A stretch of 64,000 nt of DNA from contig NW_027271466.1 of assembly GCF_040938485.1 (NCBI RefSeq), positions 2,728,001 through 2,792,000 on the forward strand. Direction: 5' to 3'. Source of the stretch: Diadema antillarum (lineage: Eukaryota). Position numbers and translations under genes: made by a program. Shown piece after piece: positions 1-11,903 of the stretch. Position 1 is the stretch's first letter. Each line of letters starts with the position of its first letter. The notes beneath the pieces were generated by a model. That model saw only the letters and a list, made by a program, of their open reading frames with translations, was not told the origin of the DNA and made no database searches.

Positions 1-281
1 CTTTGCCTGATTCATATCATGGCAATTGTTTATTGGGATCTTTGTGTGTTTACTTGTGTGCGTGTTTGTTGTTGTTTTAATATTGTTGTTGTTTGTTTGT
101 TTGTTGTTGGTGGTTTTTGTTTTGTTTTGTTTTTTTTTGGGGGGGGGGAATGATTTACAAAATCCAAATATGAAAGCTTAACATGTTATGGTGGAGGGCA
201 AGAGATATCAAAGGTTCGAGGAAACATTATTGCATGGTGTGTGTTCTTGAATCGGTCAGTGGCACTTTATCTTTGTCGCAG

Positions 282-2505
282 AATTGACTTCAGTGTGACG
301 GACAACGAGGAGGAGAACCAGTTTGAGCTGGACGTGGCGTGCTTCAAACATCTGGACACCTCACTCATTGACGTGGACGTGCAGCCTACGCACGTGAAAG
401 TAGTTCTCAAGGGAAAGGTGAGGATGATATGAACAGATGAGATCAATGTGAATGAAGGTATGACACATAATGATTAATAACAATAATAAATGACATTTAT
501 ATTAAAAGTCCTTCATGCGGGCGCTTCTAAGTGCTTTGATACAGGGCAGAAAAATTGAATATGAATAGAATATGAATGTGAACATTGTGATATGTAATAT
601 AGCAAAAATGAGAAAGAGTGTATACATGTAACAAAGAATAGATAAAACTCTTGTAGTAAAAATGAACTTGCTGATGCTGATGCTGACGCTGAAGTGGCTT
701 TGATCATAGTCTTATTTGTGATTTACTAGAGCAATGCTGTTGCCCATAGGTCATAGAGGATTTTGTACTCTTTCTTTTGCTCTCATCACAGCTGGTAGGA
801 GTTAAAGTGGTAAATATCCTCGTCATCATTATTGTTGATGCTTATCACATTGCTTTATGTGTCCTTATCAAGACTATCGTAGGTGATTTGTTATTATTCT
901 TTTCTTTTTCCTTTTAAATTATCAGCATCATCATCTTAGTCATCATCAGCAATCACTATATTGACAGCTTTTCATGACTGTTGTTGCATGTATGTGATTT
1001 TACCTTGCAGATACTACAGCTTGTCCTCACTGAAGAAGTGAGGGCTGATGCAAGTGAGGCCAAAAGGTCAAAGACTACGGGTCACCTACTGATCACCATG
1101 CCAAAGGTCAGAGTTCAAGCAATATTTTGTGAAATTTGCACATAGGCCATCCCAGTTTGTATTGATATATTTTACTGCCCTTATCAATTGCTATATGTGT
1201 ATGATTTGGTACTTGTGTGTATGTTTTGTTTTTGTTTATTGGCTTGTAATAGATGGGGCCTCATTAAGTAGTGGAAATGCAAGAAAATTGGCTACCTCAT
1301 TCAGTCGTAAGGCTAGGGTACAAATCAAGAACCAGTAACTTCAGTCTGATATGAGATGTGCATTAACAATTTTAAACTGGGCATTTGTTCCTCAGCTCAG
1401 ATGCTCTATGTGATGACCCATTCACATGGAATGTGACAATCATTGTGACGTTTCGCTTGTTCACTCATCTATTGCAGGTCAGAGAATACATAAAGCCAAA
1501 GAAAGTAGCAGCAAAACCAAGCTCCAATGGTCAGGAACAGACCACAAAGACACAGCAGTCTGTTGAGTAAGTTGAAAGCTCCATTAATGATTTAGAGTTT
1601 GTGTACTTTCTTTTTGGTCACATTATTTTGTCATCCACTCTGTAGATGGCTCTGAAGTAGATAAGATATGTTTTACTATCACTACATGTTTCATGAATAA
1701 AGTGGATAAATATGTCACTTATGAAGACCAATCACCTTCCATGTAGTTGTTTGAATGCATAAACATCCACTTTCAATGTTGTTGTATGATATGTGTATCA
1801 AATTTACCTTTCCCTGGACAAATGTAATGTACAACTACAAGGGTAGAAAAGTTTGAAATATGCTGAAACTTCCATATACACGTACCTAAGTATCTTCCTT
1901 TTCTCTTTGTTGTAGATTGTATAATGCATGCAGGACAAAATAATGGACTTTGCCTCATCCAATCGCATTCTCATGCATGATGCGAGGGTTGGGAATGAGG
2001 CGCCCTCTATTGTCACCTGTCCTAAGCCATTGTCGTTCAATGTCATGGTGGTTTACAAGTCCATTTCTTTATAGTGTGTGTCCCTTGTCTTTCCTGATGT
2101 CCCCCGGGATGTTCATTCACACAGTCTGCCTCACGTCACAGAATGTTGAAATGTTAAGTTTTTGTATTTTGTGTGTTCTTACATGTAGTATTGGAAATAA
2201 GACATCTTATGATGAAATTTGCAATACTACTTTTAAAATCTTTGTACTTGATTTTGTCTGTGTTTCCATACCTACAATATTATTCTGTCAAAGTTTCTGA
2301 ACAACCTATTCTCTTCTTCTCCAACAGGCAAAAGCTCCAGCGGCTGGAGGTGGACCCCAAGAGTGGCAAGCAGGTAGACCTGATGGTGACCAAGGGAAGC
2401 GGGGAGCCCAGCAGGGGCCCACTTCTTGGTAGGAGACCAGTGGTTGAGGAGCGCAGCAACAGCGAGGACTTTGTGGATGATCCCGACGTTCCTCCATTGC
2501 TATGA
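282..2505 (+). CDS. DNAAF11: Dynein axonemal assembly factor 11 / LRRC6, last four coding exons (5' part outside the window)
   Basis: Exons 282-417, 1011-1106, 1478-1566, 2328-2505, all GT-AG with matching phases. They translate to [77 protein letters not shown]/...[12 protein letters not shown], matching the LRRC6 CS-like domain and C-terminal (D/N)PxVPPL motif as recalled. Confidence 0.93.
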
Positions 2506-4031
2506 CAACGCGTTTGTGATTCAACAATGTCTTTCAGTTGCAAACAGATGACGGCAGGATGTGTGTGACTCGGCTGACACCGGTTTTCCGTTGCATATCT
2601 GTACCGAGGCAGGAACACAGCTTGTATTTTTGGAGCCTGGAGTGAAGTGCGGCATCTGTGATGGTTTTATGCATGACCAAGACGTCTCTCCTGATCTGGC
2701 TGCATCAGCTGTGCAAGGCGTGCAAGCCACAGAATGGTTTGTCAGATTACTGACTTCTTTTCACATCCGCAGGATTAGGATTCAATCTATGTGGATTTTG
2801 CAAAACAACCCACATGCTCTATCTGATTAAGAGCCGCATCTTCAAGGCTGTGCGTTCATGCCGTGTGGCAGATTCTGACAATCTTGACCTTGCCTCACAG
2901 ATAGAACAGTGACTCTCAGCTGTGTATGACATCATAGACATAAAGCGTGGCAAGTTTGCATTTCGATAGCAGCATGACTAAAGAAGGGAGATCACTAACA
3001 CTCAGGTTACAGTGGAGCAGCAGTTCTTGTGGCAAATGGCGGCATCTTTTTGGCAGTATTATCAGCTTTGTATGATTATTTGCTTTAGTAGAACGAACTT
3101 GAGGTTGGAATTTTTTTATGTTGCAGTCAATTTATGTGTCCATATTCGTATATATTTCCCATCATAATTACAAATATTCAATCTATACTTTAGAAAAATC
3201 AAAAGGAAACAAAACAATTCAAAGTAGATTTACAGAGCACTGCAATGTAAAATGCTATGGAAGAATACAGATTATGAAAGAAGGATAGATGTTGATTACA
3301 GTGCACCCACTCGGGCTGCTAAAAAGAAGAAGAAGAAGAAGAAAAAAAGAAAACATTTATTGTGCACAGATGTCAACCTAACCTGATTAGCTGTGCTAAT
3401 ACAAATGAGGGGTATGATTTGAATAAGGGGACAACAACTCTGCTCAAACAGCAGTCTTTGTTAGGTTTTTGTTTGTTTGTTTGATTTACTTTTCCTTTAT
3501 CTTATATAGTGGAAGGCCACTATGTATTTCTGGAAGTGATAGAGGAAGAAAAAAGAGGGAGGAGGAAGGAGAAGCAGCAGTGAAAGGAAAAAAGGCAATT
3601 CTTAGAGAATGTGCAGAGAAATACATTGTATGTTCATTCTGTGAAATAATTTATAGAGAAATCTTTTAAATTTACCCCTTTTGCATCAACACTTCTCATG
3701 CAAGTTACAGTACTATATTAAATCAGGCATCCGTCCATTCTTAAAGTGACTTTCATATGGGTTTGTGTGAGGTCCATAGATGTTACTTGAAATTTAACAT
3801 GTCTACAGCCAGGCATCGAATATCTAGTTGACTTTAGTGGATATACAACTGCAACTATAATGGACATGAAGCTGTATTTAAATGTTGGATTTCAAGGTTT
3901 CTTGTGGTATAGACAATTGCAGTCTTCCTCTGCCTCAAAATGTGTCATAAGTATTGAAAGCAAAGTTAGATAAAACCAGAGGCCCATTCCATAATGAGAT
4001 CTGCAGTTAGTGAAAGCCGCAATAATGTGCA

Positions 4032-4045
4032 GTTACTATGGCAAC
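4032..4045. promoter_or_regulatory. Isolated RFX X-box-like motif GTTACTATGGCAAC
   Basis: Fits the consensus GTNRCC/YN(0-3)RGYAAC and lies between the convergent cilia genes LRRC6 and TEKT2. Motif only. Confidence 0.3.
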
Positions 4046-4792
4046 AGCCAAAAGAATATCAGTCAGTTGTTGCTGCAGTAACTGCAATCATTGCAATGTA
4101 ATGTAGAATAATTGCAAACCTCATGGAAGGGCCCCCTACTCTATGATCTTTGATATATTCATTCCTGGATTCAAATGCTCCACTATGTTAATATGTAAAA
4201 GGGCTTGTTAAAAAGACAGTGTCTCTTTCAATAAAAGTCTTCAATGGTTGTGATACAAAGGAAGAGGTCTCAACTGTGGTACATTTTGCAGTGTAGCATT
4301 TTCTTTGCGTTTGTGAATGTGTCTAAAAATGTATATCACTTGGTCTGTTTGCATACAATATTTAGAATTACACTCACAGCAACTACACAAATCCAATAGC
4401 AGCCAAAGATGTATTAAAAAAAGATTGTCGTAGGATCTGCTGTTGTGCATGTTAATCATTTTAATGTCTTCAGTGGAAAAAAAAAAAGAGAGGTATATTG
4501 ATGGCTTTAATTCCATCGAGTGTGTGAAGTCCTCTTATAGTGGAAGAGCATGGACCCATTGTGAGATGTTTCCTGTTCGCCAAATCCTGAGAATGGTCAA
4601 AATCAGTCTAGTACAACATGATGTGTAGATTTGCTTCAGTGCCAAATCACCTTCATAAATCTCTCAGATCTTGACATGATGTCACCACTAAACTACCCTT
4701 AATACCAGAAGAATGTTAGTGTTAATTTCCACTTCTGTGTAATAGTATTGTGTGTGATTTTGAGTGTAAAATGTTTGGGCTATGTGCTAGTA

Positions 4793-4978
4793 CAGTTGAC
4801 TGCCGTTATACCAAAGTCTTCGCGACCGGCAGTTTCCTTTTGTTATATCAAAATTTTGTTATAACCAAACAAATAAACAATTAAAATACATTGAGCGGAT
4901 GATGTTGCAGGCTGATTTTTTACTTCGTTGTAACTGGAATTTTGTTATAACTGTGTTTGTTATACCGGGAGTGCACTG
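4793..4978. mobile_element. Tc1/mariner-pogo-like MITE
   Basis: TA|CAGTTGACTGCCG...CGGGAGTGCACTG|TA, 186 bp. Related copies at 5212-5397, 60026-60205 and ~62466-63045. Confidence 0.7.
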
Positions 4979-5211
4979 TAATGTTTACATAAGGTTGTAA
5001 AAGGAATGTATGATTGCTTGTTCATGTCTTGGCATTAGCACTGGTCCTATAAGAAACACAACATATTGAAACATTTTCTGGGAGTTGGTGAAAGTGCGTC
5101 ATAAATTGTCAAAAACATGTATCGATCAACATTGTGCAATTTTTCCTCTTTTTTTTTTGTACGCCTAATACGCCGGAAGCTAGGCTGCATAAAGTTGTCT
5201 TTGAGTTAGTA

Positions 5212-5397
5212 CAGTGTACTCTCGTTAGAATGAAGTCCTCAAGACCGGCGGTTTTCTTTCATTATAACGGAATTTCGTTATAACCAATCAGTATAGTGTA
5301 TAAAGATTATATAGATGATAATGTTAGGACCTGAAGTTTGATTTCGTTGTCACAAGAATTTCATTATATCTGTGTTCATTACAACAGGAGTGTACTG
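5212..5397. mobile_element. Tc1/mariner-pogo-like MITE
   Basis: TA|CAGTGTACTCTCG...CAGGAGTGTACTG|TA, 186 bp, same family as 4793-4978. Confidence 0.7.
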
Positions 5398-5592
5398 TAC
5401 GATTGGCAATTGTACCAATTGACTATAATTGTGTGTCACTTGTCAGATGAGAACCCAAAGTGGCATGAAATATTGTGTGAAGTCCTGATTTTCTGGCTAA
5501 TGATATACACGTACATCATTTTTGTCAGCATGTGGAGCACAGGGGACTTTGTCATAAATTATTTTAATACACTGTATACTGAAGACTATTAA

Positions 5593-6151
5593 AGGATAAG
5601 TTCACCTTCATAGACATGTGGGTTGAGTGAATGCAGCAATATTAGTAGAACACATCAGTGAAAGTTTGGGGAAAATCCGCCAATCTGTTCAAAAGTTATG
5701 AATTTTTAAAGTTTCTGCTCAGTCATGGCTGGATGAGAATACTACTTTAGCTTGTGATGTCACATGAGTACAACGGTATAAAGAAAGTATAAAGAAAATT
5801 CACCTTATTTTCACTTTTCTCGCATAACAAAAGAACACTCGACTTCTCTCTTTCAGAAGGCAAGGGGAATAATATTATCCTTAACATACATCAGTAACAA
5901 GTCCGAGAAATGTGCACTTTATTCAAAAAGTCAAATTTTGTGAAATTCTCTTTTTATTTTCATTATATCATTGTACGCATGTGGCATCACACACTGTAGT
6001 AGTCTTCTCATCCAGCAGTAATTGCGCAGATACTTAAAAAATTCATAACTTTTGAACGGATTGTCGGATTTTCCTCAAACTTTCACTGATGTGTTCTACT
6101 AATATTGTCGCATTCACTCAATCCACTTGTACATGAAGGTGAACTTGTCCT
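5593..6151. mobile_element. Kolobok-like non-autonomous DNA element
   Basis: TTAA flanks (5589-5592, 6152-6155) and TIRs AGGATAAGTTCACCTTCAT / ATGAAGGTGAACTTGTCCT. Interior is similar to 58689-59240. Confidence 0.75.
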
Positions 6152-7244
6152 TTAACTTTCTTACACTTAATCTCACTGTTAAAGATAAGTAAAGACATAC
6201 ATCCAGTCATGCTGAAATAAGGGACAATACTACAAGTTTTCACATTAAGATCACTTTATTTTGTGTAGTGCAATATATGTTTTATACATGAAAGATGGCA
6301 TACTTACATCCATATTTTCATACGAAGTAAGAAATATATACAACAGACATGATCCACAACATCCTTATATAATGAAGATCTAAAATGCAGCTAACATGCA
6401 AATAAATGTAATGGGCTCCGTATTACTATCTAGAGGGCTATCATCATGTTCTTCTAGATGATTGATATTGCAGAGCCTCACCTAACTGGACGGATAATAG
6501 CAGAATATGCATCTTTTCTAAGCTTGATTAACAAATTCACATGAATCAGCTCCTCACAATGTCTAAACTTCATATTTGCATTGCATACATTGGCTTCATG
6601 CCCCCCATTCATTTTGCAGAGAATTAAAATGCTACCCATAAATGACAAAGCAGTAATTGAAAAAGTGTATTTATCAATTGCCTCATTGAAATGTCAAACC
6701 CGATTGATCTTTTCTGTACAAAACATACACACTGCATATACAGCATAACTGCTACGTGATATGCCAGTTTCTTAGCAGAATACATCTGGACATTAAAAAA
6801 AAAAATACACAAAAAAAATATGACATCACTGAGCTGAGCAAGAATTGACCAGGAAAATATTGATTCTTGGTCTTCTTTAATGGGCTTCATGCAGTTGGTC
6901 AGCAACATCAAAAACATAACAGAAATGTCTAGAAATCTTCTAGAAATTCTTGTTCTGTAGTTCCTTGAGAACCTGGCCTGGATGCGGTCACCGGGACGAC
7001 ATGTCAGCTAAGCTTGTATCTTCTCTTCTCTTTCTCTCGCAGTGGGCACACTGCTTTCTTTTAATCAAGATTCCCAAACCATTCCAAGTTGAAGAAGCGA
7101 CACTTGAAGTGGCGGGAGCAAAGGATGGAGAAATATCTTTGTCTGCTCGCACATAAACTGGTATCATGCATGCATCAGTCTTTCAAATTTAAACCCAAGG
7201 AAGAGAAGGTACCTAACATTGTAGTTCTTGATATGCTTTCTCCT

Positions 7245-10200
7245 TTAAGCTAGGAGATTCCTCTGTGCGGTGTAGAGCTCGCGGTCCGTCTTGAATGTGG
7301 ACAGGTTGTTCATGGTCTGCGTGACTGGGCCATGGGTGAGCTTGCCGCGCACCTGCATGCACTTGTTGTCGAGGTCCAGGGAATTGTTCTTGAGTTCCAG
7401 GTCCTTGTTGATGCGGTAGAGCTGCTTCTCGCAAGCATCACGTGCATTGCTGCAAGAGTGGAAAAAGACAGTTTTAGCACACGTCATTGTCAACTTCCTG
7501 GTTCTTATGTCAGTTAATCACACCAGTGCACACACAAACAATGTATGTACGTAGGTACATGTGTGAGTACCTAAATATCTATGAAGTTATGTTCCTTCAC
7601 TCTGTTAAGAATATCATTTCTTTTGATACACATAAAAAATATAACTGCTTGCCCTCCCACCAAATAAGGCATAATTTTCATCAGTACAAAGACAGGCAGA
7701 ACAGAAAATAAAAAGGACCCAACCAAACAAGAACAAAATACTCTGGAAAAGATGTCAATTTCTTCAGTTAGTTTTCAAAAGGCCACTGAACTATTTAATA
7801 GATTAACAAGTATTCATGCTGATGTCTGGGTGAGAGACAGTGAGCTTCATTCATTACTTGCTGCATATTCCCTGACAATTTGAAATGATACAGCCAAGTC
7901 ACTCCTATTCATATATTAACTGCCTCTAGTTTCGTGCGCACCAAAGCAATGCATGTTCTCTCGATTCTACTGTATGTTCTGTAGGAGCAGAGGGTTGGTG
8001 AAGATCTTGTTTGCAAAACCCCAAAAACCAAAAACAACAGCAGCAGCAGCAACAACAACAACACCAACAACAACAACAACAGCAGCAGCAGCAAAACTCA
8101 CTGTGAGTCCTGGAGTTTCTTCTCAAGCGCCTTGATGCTGTCTTGGATCTCGTGCACCTCGTTGACCAGACCATACTGGGCGTTGTCCCGACACAGCTCC
8201 ACGTTGGGGCGGTAGGTGCGGTTCTCCAGCCGCGTCATGGCCAGCTTCAGTGGGTTCTCCTTGTCCTTGATCGCCTGCTCCATCTCGCGGATGTTGCGCT
8301 CCTGCTTGGCGATCTCCTCCTCGGTCTGTGGAAGGGCAGCGCATATTTTTCCATTAAAAACATGCCTTACAGGGCAACTTTGTTATATTGCAAGGCCCTA
8401 AAATATATCAGGTATGTCACTATATCAGGGTGCAGAACTAAGAAATATGAAGAGTTGAGATGTGCAAAATCACCATGTTATAAAAGGGTTTTGTGAAATC
8501 TGACCTCTTTGTATGTTAACATGCTAAGTTCAAAACTTAAAACAGATGAATAATCTTGGTGATATCTATGGGTGACTTGACACCTGCAGTTAATTCTTTT
8601 AGTTTTTAATCTCCTTTCAACTGTTTTCACAACTTATACATTTAAAGCTCAGCACAGTGATCACTTGCATGACCTTTACAATAATACACATGCAAGCAAT
8701 GTTTGTGTTCCAAGAGATTCCATTTTCTTTTTGGATTTTACTTCTTGTAGAAACCTGTTGTAACAGAATGTCCAGTAAATATTGAACGGATTTTGAGCTC
8801 ATTGTAACAACACTGTCAAAAGACATGCAGTAATCCAATGGACCAAGAGACCGGTTACGCAACGAGTCTGCGTCTTCTGCCATGCAGAGCTACAGATAGT
8901 GTAGTGAGTGAAGGAGACAGATGTGACAGGGACACTTACATTCTTCTTCTGCCACTCGTCCTCATCCTTGGCCCTCTTCATCTCATGGATCCTCTTGCGC
9001 AGGGCGAACTCGGTGGCCTGCCGCTGGGCCTCCAGGTCGTTGTCGGTCTGGGCCACGGTGCTGTGGATGGCCTCACGCAGGCGCTGGGAGGCGCGCATCT
9101 CGGCGTCAGCGCGGTCCTTGTTGTAGCGGGAGAAGTCTTCCCATGTCTGTGGGGTGGTACTCCTGTACGCGTCAGCAATTGAAACCAATGAACAATTACT
9201 ATGTTTCCATGTCGAGATATGAAACTTGAAATGGGTTCTGTTTAATGTGATGTTACATGAATTCAGTTATTTCCAATACATACTTCTTGCTCTCAAAACA
9301 TACATTCATGGAAATAATGAATGATCTGCAATACATGTAAGTGACAGTTAATGTTTCTGAATAGAAATGTGATATATTTCTTCACTAGCATGATATTCAG
9401 ACCCTTCAATTCTTCAACTAATTTTCATTGCATTGAACACCATAGCAACCCACCAAAACATGCATGTTTTTATTTTACTGGATGCAGAAATTATTGTTAC
9501 ATTCAATTAATAAACACTGAATTTGCACTAAAGTAAAAATTCCAGGGCACCAACGGAAAGCATCAGCTACTTGTACAGGCACTTGGCGTTCAGTGATGCT
9601 GCCACTATTAATGAAAATCGTTTCCTATCAGATCCTTACCCCTTGGGTGTCCTGGTGGAATTTGGCTGGTAGCAGATGTCTGGCGAGTTGATGCTCAGGT
9701 CGTGGCAGTAGGTGTCAATCTTCTTGGCCTCCGTCTTATCCCTTAGGTCAGCGGCCAGCTGCTGACGGGCCTCCTGGAGGAGACAGAGCTGTTCGAAGGC
9801 GGAGCTGACCTTAGACTGGAGTGCATCCTTGATCCCCTCGATGACATCAATTTCCTGATGGAGGAAAAAAAAAAGAAGAAACTTAGTTTTTGCTTTATTT
9901 GACTTTCAAAATTTCATCAATTACCAGACCATAAAAAGTTTTGTTGCTCTTTACCTACTAACTCCCATCATTTCTCCATACAATTGACGTGCAGCACTTC
10001 CAAACTTCACACAAGACTCGCATGTTTTTGCACGATTTTTAATACTAACTTTCTTGGAGGAGTCTGTGCCTGTTTGTTTGTTTGTTTGTTTGTTATTACA
10101 GATATGTGCAATGGTGTCGTACAATTAATGTTGTGAGTGATATTATCATCATCATCTTCATCAATTGACAAATTACTTGATTTGACTTTATTATCATAAA

Positions 10201-10769
10201 ACATTAAAAAAAAACTGATTTTTTTTTGTGTGTAAATCAAATGGAGGATATTACATACTTGTTGTCTTCAAATCTTAGAGCTCTTTTGTGACAATGGCAG
10301 TTCAGCCTAGAGTTTATCCCGTTACTAAATATGTACTGCTCACCTTGATTATTTCAGAATTTGCTAGGTCATCTACAACATCGATTTCGCGCCTTCCGTC
10401 ACGCAGTGTCTTGCACTCTGAAGCAACATCAAGGGGAAGGGCCTTTGCCTCTAGTGCCCTCTCAGCCAACTCCTTGTCATCCTCCAATTTCCTGATCTCC
10501 TCGTCGACATCAGCAAGAGTCTTCTCCAGGGTTTCCCGCCACGTCTCGATGTCGTCGATCCTGTTCGAGAGGCGGGTTGTGTTGTCGTGGATTCCCCATG
10601 ATGTGCGGTTGTAGGTCTCATTGCGTAGATGGCTAGACTCTTGGCGTGTGGAGTGTGAATTATCACGGAGACGCTCCGCATTTGTGGAAAGCAGGTGACT
10701 GTTTGTATGCCAGTCTGAAGGGGCAAAGTGGTTTACCGGCTTGCTGGCAATATCTGTTTTGATGGACAT
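7245..10769 (-). CDS. TEKT2: Tektin-2 (tektin B), complete CDS, 430 aa
   Basis: Exons 10344-10769, 9640-9854, 8940-9162, 8102-8325, 7245-7449 sum to 1293 nt = 430 aa + stop. Contains DWHTNSHLLSTNA, LPLDVASECKTLRDGRREIDVV and the tektin signature RPNVELCRD. An acceptor at 10784-10785 implies an upstream non-coding exon. Confidence 0.96.
8034..8093. repeat. Compound (CAG)n/(AAC)n microsatellite in TEKT2 intron 4
   Basis: Read directly from the sequence; begins about 8 nt from the 5' splice site. Confidence 0.9.
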
Positions 10770-11490
10770 CTTTGTTTTGTTATCTGAAGAAAAAAAAAAG
10801 AATTCAGAAAGTTGAGATACAGTACCATTAGAAATCATCATATTCATAGAATAACGTTGACAATAGACAAACGTGAAGGCGGGATAGTCTGCACAGAACC
10901 CCTAACTTGTTACTCAGCTTCAAAAGCCAAAACAATCACTGTGAATTTCATCAGAAATATTTCATGTAACAGTTAGAAGGGTCTAGAATGTAGACCCTAT
11001 AGAAAATTGACTTCAGACTTTAGACTTTTTTGTTTTAGCCTTTAAAATCTAGACTTTATTAGAGTAAGCCTAGACTGTGTTAGTGTTAACGTTTAGGCCT
11101 AACTGTGCTTGTGAGATATGTGCTCTTCTAACTTTCTAACAGTTAGATTCAAAGATAAACTAAAAAAGACCAGTTAAGTGTGTAACCAGTCCAAACATTT
11201 CACCATCATTCTTCATCGACTGTGTCTGTGTAAATTTAATCAGAAGTAGAAACTGACCATGCATTGGCGTCAGAATTAGATCCCAATACTAGAACCATTT
11301 CGGGTAAACCCACCATTTCTTAGATCCTGCTGCAGAATCCATCCCTTCAGTAACACCCCATTAAAAACAGAAAACAAAGTGTGTGCTGAAACCTTATTAA
11401 TTGCAGGGGGAAAGGTTAACAGTTGGAGTTAGATATCTGATAAACATGACAGAATTGTCGAGAAGCATAATCACAATTTGTGTCTTTTAC

Positions 11491-11903
11491 CAACCTCTGT
11501 ATTGCAGTGATGTAAAACTACTAAATCCTGGCTAATTCCTTCGGCACTGATGTCTGTTCGTCTCGTCAGTTTTCCTGTATCACGTTAGTCTAATGCAAGC
11601 ACACCAATGAATGATCTCGATATCGAAAGCGTGCTGCCAAAACATTGGCCAAAGCGACTCCTCCTCATTATTTCCCGTACACAGGTGATCGCTGCCTAGC
11701 AACGATAACAAATGTGCAGAGTGGCTAAGATCCGCTATCTGTCATTGGTTGATTGACTCTTCACGGGCATGAGACTACCAATAGACGTTCACGTACCTTT
11801 TCCTAGTTGTCATAGCAACTGCTAGACTTTTCAACAGTCGTTTCATATTTACATTTGACGGAAGTCTCGAATATTTACATATGTCAAAGGTTACACAGTG
11901 AAA
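11491..11903. promoter_or_regulatory. Bidirectional promoter region TEKT2/PITHD1 with RFX X-boxes and CCAAT boxes; probable TEKT2 non-coding first exon
   Basis: GTTGTCATAGCAAC at 11806-11819 and GCTGCCTAGCAAC at 11691-11703; CCAAT/ATTGG near 11644, 11745 and 11778; candidate minus-strand donor GTAAAAG at 11490. Confidence 0.7.
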
